A stretch of 42,928 bases of DNA from Sarea resinae. Lineage: Eukaryota. Shown piece by piece: positions 23,901 to 33,339 of the stretch (position 1 is the stretch's first letter; each line of letters begins with the position of its first letter). The translations under genes and the position numbers were made by a program. The stretch spans positions 248,001 to 290,928 of the forward strand of contig JAPEUD010000024.1 in NCBI GenBank assembly GCA_026026165.1, read 5' to 3'. Below the pieces are notes generated by a model, which worked only from the letters and a program-made list of their open reading frames with translations, searched no databases and was not told where the DNA came from.

Positions 23901-26900
23901 CGCAGGCCTCTGATGAAGGTCACCTCAGGTAAGGCAAGGTAAGGTAGGTAGGGGCGGTAATTCGGTGTCGATTGAAGTTGAATCGATTCGAACGACCAAC
24001 TACTCGGAGTACCTCAGGTACTGGGCTGGCCTGTTTGCTACAGAGGTGGGAGGTAGAGGAGGTAAGGTAAGGTACCTGTAGCAGCAGTGCCGAGTATTGA
24101 GTACGAGCGAGGACACGTTGAGTCCGGTCGAGGTTGCGGTAAAGTATACTTTCCCCAGACTTGAGACCTTCTCCGCTACCGACCACGGTTGCCCAGGCGG
24201 CCGACCGACCTCGACCAACGAGGTACCTCGAGTCGTCACTGCTGCCCTGACCTCCATCATCAACCTTCAACGTTGTTCTACCTTATGCTTGCCTGGAAGT
24301 CATGGATGTAAGCAGTAAGGTACCTTACCTTACTCTGCTGCGTACTCTCTCTAGGTAGATAGCTGGAGATCCATAGCTGGAGATCGGACTCCACAGATGC
24401 TCGTCTGACTTATGCTTAACCAGGGAGCGGGCAGAAGCGGCTACCTACTAAGGTAGGTATCCATGGATGCCCTCGTAGGGGCCAGCTTATGAGGTAATAC
24501 TGCGCAGTAATATTCTGGCAATGAGCACCTCGATATCATCGCAGGTGTCCACCTGCCTACGCTACGGGAGAAAGCAGAGAAAGCCGAGAAACTTCGAACG
24601 ATACGGAACACAGACGCAATAACGCTTTGCCTGTAAATCCTTTGGTGTTGAGATTTCGAGTAGAGACTGTAGGCTATCTGATAGCACGCCATTTGATGCA
24701 GATCCAGTACTGCAATTGTCTGTTAGATCTGTCCGTTGGTCGATGGGCCGTTCACAGCTGCCAGCGACGTTGGTGACTGGCTTCGAATGTCAGGATACCT
24801 CGGCGTATGCCCCCAAGCGCCAGCTAAGTTTGTGTTACGTACCTACTTTGGGAAGATCAAGCTCGAATCTCGGAGTCCGATGATTCTGGCTGTAGAATTC
24901 GGACTATCGTTGTTTTAAAAAGCAACCTCGGAAAGCGACCATGCCAAGTCGAGAAGCTTTCCAGCTGATGGCCGATTTTTTTCTTTGTTGTTTGCCATAT
25001 TTCACTTCTTCGAACACAAGCTAGCCGTGCTACTGACATGCGTTCGTTAGATTACCATGGTTTGCCGACATGTCTTCTGCTCCGTAGATGACGGCGAGAG
25101 AAAAAGTAAGAAATTCTTGGACGAGGCTATAATACCGCCTTTCGAATAAGAAACGCAATGATATATGCACTCAATTATTTGAGCAGCATTATTGGCAAGG
25201 AAAACGCACGATAGAAGGCTCATCTCCTGCTCTAGAAGCTCCGCCGGTAAGGATCAGATACCGATCGGTATGTACGGGATACGAGCCCACTCCTGAGGAG
25301 GCTAGGAGCGGTGAGGTCGGAGGGTCAACAGATCCGTCGCCCCCACTTGATTCGTCTGCGTATCGATCAGCTCTCCGCCCGGAACTGCGCCAGACTGCTA
25401 ATTTAGGAAATTCATGGTTGCCTGATTGCGACGCCAGATCTAAATACGGGTTACAACAACACAGACGCATCCCGCTATGCCATGTCTATTACGCATTGGG
25501 TACGCAGTATGCAGCATGAACAACGGAGGCCCTTGAGAGGGAGGGCTCGGGAGAATGGTCTACCATTTGTGACCCTGAGGCTGGGTCGAGATCAGACCCG
25601 CCTCGGTCCCCGTTGTTGTCGCATGAGCATGAGGCACGACCAATTCCCTGCGGAATCAAAAGGAATGATCGACGCGCTATGGGACCCTTGTGGTCATGTT
25701 TATATACTTTACAGGTTTAGTGATATCCACCGGGGAATGCCGCCACTGGACTCGTACGCAGATAGCTTGATGCGGAATTGGCGGAACCCGAAGGCTGTGC
25801 CTGAAATGCATCCCTCTGAGATGTTGGTATCAGAATAGGGTCTAGCAGGCTGACTTGCAGTTCTCCGACCGACCGTAGGCTTAGAGATGCTGCAGTAGCG
25901 CTTGAAGGTCTGACTCTTGCCTGTCCTCTGGAAAGCAGAAGCTTGGCCATTGCGGATCACACCGATCTGCACTTTGGAGTCCCGGGCAGTTCACCGTTGG
26001 CGACCTTCAAGCATCAAGAGCTATACCCCAGACCCTTATTTCTGGGGCCTTCTTTAGCGTTGCCATGCTCCCATGTCGAGCCCTAAAGCCGGATCGCAGA
26101 TATCTCGACTCAACAAGGCAATTCCCTGTTTAGTCGACGGTCTCAAAATTCTCTTGGCATGATTTGACTAGCTTCGAGGTCACATAGCTCTTCTCGTCTT
26201 AGGTTGCGTGGGGCACCTCATGCGTGCCAGTGGTCAGAAAGCTAGAGAAGTCTCTAATTGAGTTGGCCGAGTTGTTTTCGGTATCGACCGTTCATGTGGC
26301 TCTGCTGTGCCTCTGATCTTCTGTCAACATAACTGATTGCTACAGTCACCGGGTTCGATTTGCTGACCTTGGCTGCTTAGTACACTCCCAGGTCCCGAAG
26401 GGGGCCGTGAGTGGCTGCGGGCGAGAGTTTGGTTGACTAGGATGTGAATCCTTCGTCCGCGGGCAAAGAGAACTATGTTGGCCAATTACTGGTGCCTTTG
26501 CCGTTCGGTCTTACTTACTTTATATCCTGCCTACTCTACTTCGCCGCAGGAAGACTTGATGCTCCACGATCGGGGCGTAGATTTGGCCGCTTAGATTCTT
26601 CATTCATGCTTGCTGCCGGTGGAATGACGGATGCTGTTCTTATAACATGCTCGGGGATTCGAGGGAGCTCCAACGTTCCTTGTAGGTGCTTTTGCTGTGC
26701 GAGACTGTCCTTTTCCTAGATAGTTTCAGCCATATTCTGTAAGTGGCTTACCTTGAACAGCCAGTCTTACTCAACGAGTGGCTCATCTCGGATTCTTTTG
26801 ACATATCAGGGTATTAGACGTCTGATATTGCATTCATTTTCTGATACTCGGAAAAATCATCTCTACTTCAGCAGGCTGTTCAGGTCTCACAGTCGAAAAG

Positions 26901-27042
26901 GGGAGAGACCTCAACGCAATTCACAGCCGGACTCTGGAAATGCATTTTCCTCTATCGAGCTTGCTCGGTCAAAAAAAGAAAGATTTTTATTATCAACATA
27001 CGGCAGGCTTCGAAGAAGAAATACGTTAAGCTTCTTTGTCAG

Positions 27043-28148
27043 AAGTGGCCTTCCATCTGAGACATTTACATCAGTAGGAGGTAGCTATGGGGTAGGAATA
27101 CTCAATGCTCATAATAGTCAGAAGACTACTGAATTTCGCTCCAGTAACGATGCCTTTGACTACTCGGGGCTTCCAAGGCAACCTCAGCCAACTAGGACCC
27201 AAGGCCTTGGCCAGATCGGCCACACAGATGGTAATTGAGCAAGGCGTCCCAAAGACTTGCGTTTCTCTAATCTCTACGAACCCAGCATACGTAAATCAGG
27301 GTCGGAATTCGACGAGAACGCCTGCCTTTATTGATGATCCCAATAATGCCAGGTTGTATGGCTATCAGCTAACAGACAACTCTCCATCTCGTGGACTTAG
27401 TGCACTACAGTCGCCGTTGCCGTTAACGTCTCAACAGAGGACTATTCAGCCGAGGAGGCCCCCCAGTGTGCCTTGTTTTCCACCAGAAAGCTACACAACA
27501 GAACAAGCGTTTGCCACAGGTTACAGTGTCACAGCAAACCCAAACTCAGCCTCTGTGCGAGTTCCCGGAGAAACTTCTTCTTTCCAGGGACAATATACTG
27601 TTCCCTCTACCCTGAGTCTCCAAGACCCTGGCTACACGGCAGCATTTGCGGGGTGGGTCATACTCGAAGGCCTCCTGGACACTTCTGCTTATACGATTTG
27701 CTAGAGGACAAAACCAATACGATCTTAATCCTTATCGCTCACAGCTCGGGGCCTCGGCATATCAGAGGTATGTATCTGTCCTTATCTTGCCGCTACAGAA
27801 GCTAACCTGGAACTTGGACATGGCAGTCCTTCACATACATTCTCAGAGAGTTCCGCTTCGACACCTGCGCAGTTAATCCGGCGACCTGCGACTGTATCCC
27901 CGGAGGGAGAGACCCCTGTCCGAGTGATATCTTCAAGACCGAAGCCTCAGTGCTGGGAACATGGTTGCAATGGGCGTCAGTTCTCTACCTTCAGCAATCT
28001 TCTTCGACATCAACGAGAGAAGTCCGGCACAGCGGCCAAGGCTTATTGTCCTAGGTGTGGAGCAGAATTTACACGCACGACTGCTCGAAATGGCCACATG
28101 GCCCATGAGAAGTGTAAATGGAAAGACAGAGAAGAGGAACAAAGTTGA
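27043..28148 (+). CDS. C-terminal C2H2-like zinc-finger protein, putative transcription factor; supported exons ...-27230, 27286-27652, 27705-27767, 27827-28148; start codon not resolved
   Basis: Terminal [31 protein letters not shown]...[23 protein letters not shown] is a recognisable fungal finger motif. Introns 27231-27285, 27653-27704 and 27768-27826 join four ORF fragments in frame. Left coordinate approximate. Confidence 0.75.
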
Positions 28149-28984
28149 ATAACTTTCGGGTCATCGAGGAAGCGTACACGCGTGATGACACGGTCAAGGA
28201 GTTTTAAGGGGAATGAGGGGCATTGGTCTTCTGCCACTGAGTAGTGCTGATAGCAGGTGCTAGGGCAAATAGATAGAGTCTACTGGTCCGACTTGAAGGT
28301 AGGAAATAGATCAAATCCTGATCGAGGCAATCACTTTAGCCTTGGATCCTTCCTGCTCTTGATAACACGGATCAAATTCCATTGATAATGAGATGCAACG
28401 CGATATTAGAAAGAATTGTATGTAACTGGCTAGTTGACATGGTTGAGATAATCTTGATATATGCGTAGTGTGGCCATTCCTACTGATGAACAAGGCGTCT
28501 AAGACGACTAATGTGCCACCCGTGTCGCAACGGGAATATGACGAGGAACATCAATGTGTGTCACAGTCCGGCGCTTCTTCGGTTCGAGTCATAGCATCGC
28601 CTCATCGAACTACAATACATCCACATCGCCCGGTCTTCCATCCCCACAATCATTCCGATCAACAGCGCAGATTCTGATCTCATCATCGTCTCTACCATGG
28701 AACGTTGAACTTCGAATCAAGCCGGAGCTACTTGCTCTACCCTTACTGATATCAACAGCAACCTCTCTGTTTCGCAAGTCGGTCAGAGTAGGAGGCCATG
28801 AACGTCAAGATGTTTCTGCTATCGTCTCGGTCATCTCGAATAGATCTCTCTCGTCGAAGCACACTTCCTTTATCGGACTACCGTCGAGGAAGACGACTAG
28901 TACTGCGGTAGAGAAGACGATATTTCCAAAGTGGATCTCTCACAAATTCTAGGAGTGGACAAGTGTACATAGCATCCATAAGCT

Positions 28985-31762
28985 ATGGCATCGGTCTTCA
29001 CGTACGACCCGAGTCCTCCGCGGGTCTCTTCCCCATGGTTGACACCAAATGCATCAACTCCACAGCCAGCTCTTGATGCAGCATCAGCACCATCGGCTCC
29101 TGAGTCGAAGAAGCTGAAGGGGCCCGAGGCATGGGGACCTGTACCTCAATTGCTGGCTGATTGCGGAATCACCAGACTCGAAGCGGAACCTCAGGAGGGG
29201 CCGACAGAATACAAGTTGCATCTGTTACTACGATCTCGTCGATCATTTTCTTCATTGAGTACTGGTATTCGTGCTTCAGGCTCTCGACGGTCAGCTTCAC
29301 ATGCCATACCACGACGTGGCGGGGTCGATTCTCACCCCCGAAATCCTGCGGCAGCTCCTCCGGCGTCAACACTGTCAAGGCAGGCTAGACTAGAGCAATT
29401 GACTACGCAGCTATTATGGCGACTACAACAATCGTCTCCATTCCACGCCTCCTCTACAAACAAACTTGTTCTGCCTAGTTTACCAGAGGCTGCGCCAATT
29501 CTGGAAGCACCAACGCGTCCAAGTAGGCTACTTCCGGGTCTCGAGGAGAGCAGAGGGGCCTTGTATGAGATCGGTGTATCCGATGATGGAACATTTGTCG
29601 GCCTTACCAGAGATGAATTAGAAGAAAGCTTGAACAATCTCAAGGCCATGGCCGCAAGTCTTGGATGTAGCGTCGAAGTTCTTCGCGTTGTGGTTGTTGG
29701 TGATTGTGAATGGGTTGAAGACCATGTCGAGACGACTTCAAGCCCGCATTTAGAGAAATTATGGGTCGCCGAAGCGCTTGTTCAACCGGACCTTGAGTCG
29801 CTACCAGATAAGAACGACGCTCAGTCATCCATATCGACGCATACCCTCGGCAACAGGACTGATGCAGCATCTGGATCATCTCAGACCGAGCAACTCCGCG
29901 TCTCTTTGACAGGTGCTACTACTTCTGGAAAATCTAGCCTCCTGGGAACCCTCTCAACGGCAACGCTCGATAACGGTCGTGGGAAAAGTAGACTAAGCCT
30001 ACTGAAACACCGACACGAGCTCGCGTCTGGTATCACTAGCTCCGTCGCACAAGAGCTGGTCGGATACCGAAGTGGAACTTCTGGGAGACTTGCCAGTCAG
30101 GCTGAGACTGAAGTGATCAATTACGCCTCTGGGAACGTCTCATCCTGGAACGATATTCATTCATCGTCTGAGTCTGGACGACTCATTTTTCTCTCCGATT
30201 CTGCTGGACATCCCCGATACCGACGGACCACCGTCCGGGGCTTGGTGGGATGGGCTCCCCGATGGACTCTACTATGTATAGCTGCAGACGATTCTGACGA
30301 CAGCTCGGGCAAAATCGGTGGAACCTCGTCTGCCCAAGAGGTCCTAGGATCCGTTGGAGCCCATGCTGATCTCTCTGGAGCGCATCTAGACTTGTGCTTG
30401 AAACTCCAGCTCCCGTTGATCGTAGTAATAACTAAACTCGATCTCGCATCTAAAGCAGGGTTGAGACAAACACTCGCGAAACTACTGTCCAGTCTAAAAG
30501 CTGCGAGCAGAAAACCCATCATGCTCTCAAGCGGGATTGGAGGATCCGACGATGATATAGACCTACGTTACGTTCCTGTCAATGAGGAGGTGGAAGTTCG
30601 CAAGCTCTTTTCTTCTGCCTCTTCTACTAATGGTGTTGAGGATGTAGTACCCATCGTGCTGACAAGCGCGGTCAAAGGAACTGGCATAAGCATGGTTCAT
30701 GCTCTGCTGCGCAACCTTCCAATTGCTCCTCAAGACAGCGACCACTCCCCTGAAAGAGGTCCCCTAGCTGCCACTCACCCTTCTCCACCAGTGCTCTTCC
30801 ATATCGAAGAAGTTTATTCCATGCCCCACATGCCTGTATCCCTTCACCCCCATACAGGCGGTTATTCTGAAAATGCATGCTCAATTCTTAGCGGGCATCT
30901 TCGCCACGGGTCGCTTTCTGTTGGCGATGAGCTCATCGTTGGCCCTTTTCCCACGGATGTCAATCATGGCGAGGATCCATTAGCCCATGCCAACGGCACC
31001 CCCAGCCCAAGGTTTTCTACGCCAAGGCTCAAGTCCTCACCTCGTCTTTCGCCCCGAGCGATTTCATCTCCGACTGCGCCCATCCGTGCAGCAGTAGAAT
31101 GGCGCCGAGCTCGCATTCTCAGTATACGCAATCTTCGCCTTCCAGTCTCTACGCTCGTCGTTGGACAGGTCGGCACTGTTGGTATATCCATTCTCCCAGA
31201 AGACGATGAATCACAGGTTCCTTCCTCTTTGCCAGGGGTGCAGTCATTGCACACTTCGTCGCCTGCTGCCACCGTTCCTTCCCCTCGAGTCCGCAGAGGC
31301 ATGATTCTCGCTCGATTCGCCGCAGAGACACATCCGCAAGCCTTCTCGACCTTCACAGCTCTCTTTGACACACACGACGCTAGTTGTATTATTACCGGAG
31401 CGCTTGTGGTGGTCTATATTGCCAGTGTTAGGGCTTCGGCGAGAGTGGTTCAGATTCGCGCTTGTTCGGCGGTGCATAGCCATGCTTCTCCCACGTCCAT
31501 CCCTGATGATAGCGATGAGGTGTTCGGCTTCGAAGACGACGACGACAATGGTCATGGCGACGAAATTTTCGATCATTCAATGCGTGATGAGCGTCATGCA
31601 GAAATCACTTTTCAATTCGTCGCTGGGCGCGATTGGGTCGAGCTCGGGAGCCAGGTGCTGGTCATGCCTGGGGGTGGGCGGGGATTTTTAGGGAGTGGGA
31701 GCACGGGGAGCAGTGCAGGACTTGAGGGGTTCGTGGGAAAGGTTTCAGAGGCCTGTGGGTGA
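28985..31762 (+). CDS. GTPBP1/GTPBP2-like translational GTPase, intronless, 925 aa
   Basis: G1 GATTSGKSS, G2 GITSS, G3 DSAGH, G4 TKLD, G5 TSAV; family motifs LDNGRGKSR, LLKHRHE and YEIGVSDDG; EF-Tu-like beta-barrel region follows. Confidence 0.88.
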   Translation: MASVFTYDPSPPRVSSPWLTPNASTPQPALDAASAPSAPESKKLKGPEAWGPVPQLLADCGITRLEAEPQEGPTEYKLHLLLRSRRSFSSLSTGIRASGSRRSASHAIPRRGGVDSHPRNPAAAPPASTLSRQARLEQLTTQLLWRLQQSSPFHASSTNKLVLPSLPEAAPILEAPTRPSRLLPGLEESRGALYEIGVSDDGTFVGLTRDELEESLNNLKAMAASLGCSVEVLRVVVVGDCEWVEDHVETTSSPHLEKLWVAEALVQPDLESLPDKNDAQSSISTHTLGNRTDAASGSSQTEQLRVSLTGATTSGKSSLLGTLSTATLDNGRGKSRLSLLKHRHELASGITSSVAQELVGYRSGTSGRLASQAETEVINYASGNVSSWNDIHSSSESGRLIFLSDSAGHPRYRRTTVRGLVGWAPRWTLLCIAADDSDDSSGKIGGTSSAQEVLGSVGAHADLSGAHLDLCLKLQLPLIVVITKLDLASKAGLRQTLAKLLSSLKAASRKPIMLSSGIGGSDDDIDLRYVPVNEEVEVRKLFSSASSTNGVEDVVPIVLTSAVKGTGISMVHALLRNLPIAPQDSDHSPERGPLAATHPSPPVLFHIEEVYSMPHMPVSLHPHTGGYSENACSILSGHLRHGSLSVGDELIVGPFPTDVNHGEDPLAHANGTPSPRFSTPRLKSSPRLSPRAISSPTAPIRAAVEWRRARILSIRNLRLPVSTLVVGQVGTVGISILPEDDESQVPSSLPGVQSLHTSSPAATVPSPRVRRGMILARFAAETHPQAFSTFTALFDTHDASCIITGALVVVYIASVRASARVVQIRACSAVHSHASPTSIPDDSDEVFGFEDDDDNGHGDEIFDHSMRDERHAEITFQFVAGRDWVELGSQVLVMPGGGRGFLGSGSTGSSAGLEGFVGKVSEACG

Positions 31763-32661
31763 GAGTGGATGTTTATATAGGCTCTACAGGTGTTTTGTTT
31801 CGGTACTGAGGCCTTTACCTTATGAAGGGTCGTATATAGTTGTCTGATTAGTGTTTTGATGATCTCGTCACGAATCTTTCTTATTGATTGCAAATTGCTC
31901 GACGATCCATCCATCCCTCCGTCCATCCATCATTGCGACGGCCAACAGCTGGGCCGTTGCCAGTGGATGCTATCGACAAACTCAAGAACCTACGTAAAGC
32001 TAAGGCGCCTACGTGCTCGACTGATCCTGATACAGATGTTTATCCTGCCTACAGTAAGGTAGGTACTTGCACTACCTCGTGGTGCGGTTTTCATTGCGGT
32101 TCCCATCTTACCTATCGAAATTGCCCCCTTATTTCGGAGGTTTGGGCGTTTGCTTGGCTTGCTCCGGCGCCTGGAAGTTGAGCTGGTGTATTGGATATGC
32201 CTTCGACTCGGCCCGTCAAAAAAGAAAAAAAAAAGGATTCCTGTATCACACCGACGGCGACTGAGACGTTCGACGATTTTTGACCATTATTCGTTTAGGC
32301 CGCATCAGATAAGAGAGAGGGTAACAAGTAACTTCGTACTGTCTCTCGTACCTCTCGTAACTGCATCGATCTTCTTTCACGATAAGTCGGCAGAATTCCG
32401 TCACCGCCCTCGTACTCTCGCCCAACGAGTCCACCCCACCTCCACCTCGTCCGCCGTCCAGAGAGAGTCAATCAGTCCGCCATTGAGCCGACTCACACAG
32501 ACACACACACCCACATACATCACCTCCTCTCTTCATCTCCTAGCACATAAAGAAGCCAACAAGAACTCATTCCCCGGCACCCACTACCCATCGATCGTAA
32601 CGCCCACCAATCATCACCACTCACCTACCCGGTCTCAAAAGCCACCAGCCCGACGCACCAA

Positions 32662-33167
32662 ATGGCCCTTGCCAACCGCTTCAAGCTCGTGTTCACGGTG
32701 CCGCCGTCCTCGGTGCAGAAGTGCAAGGACGCCATCTTCGCCGCGGGCGCGGGCCGATACCCCGGCTCGGGCGCGTACACCGAGGCGTGCTTTGAGATGC
32801 CGGGCGTTGGGCAGTTCCGGCCGGGCGCGACGGCGAACCCGAATATTGGGAGCGTGGGCGTGTTGGAGAGGGTTGAGGAGATTCGGGTGGAGGTGCTGTG
32901 CGTGGGGAGGGATGTGGTGGGGAAGGCGGTCGAGGGGCTGAAGAAGTGAGTCGTGTTGTTTATTTCTGCTGGGCTCGTTGTTGTTGCTGTTTGGTGGTGT
33001 TGCTGGAGTTTGGAGGCAATTCTGGGGAAAGGGGGGCGGGGGAGCGAGGCGACGGAGGAGATTTGGTCCCTGGTGAGGCTCATTTTGCTGACTTATATTG
33101 TTCTGTACGCAGGGCACATCCGTATGAGGAGCCGGCATACGAGGTCTATAAGCTGGAAGACTTTTGA
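32662..33167 (+). CDS. Stand-alone NIF3/YqfO insertion-domain (PII/GlnB-like fold) protein; exons 32662-32945, 33113-33167
   Basis: FKLVFTVP...AIFAAGAG...Y...C...GVGQFRPG..ANPNIG..G.LERVEE.RVE...AHPYEEPAYEVYKL matches the YqfO-type PII-like domain; intron gtgagt...gctgac...cag. Confidence 0.88.
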
Positions 33168-33339
33168 AGCTGAGGCAGCTGCCCCGAAACATCAATGGGC
33201 CCGGCCCGGCATCACCCAAGTGCAAACGGTCCAAGCTATGCGGACTCGAGCGTCACATCAAAAGAGTGTCTCTAGATGAGCAGGACAGCGCAGTAGATAT
33301 CAGACGTAGCCTCATGAATAATCATCTAGAGATAGCTAG

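Noticed and set aside
28311..28952. Short ORFs between the C2H2 gene and the GTPase
   Set aside because: No family motifs or consistent splice structure; likely UTR or promoter.
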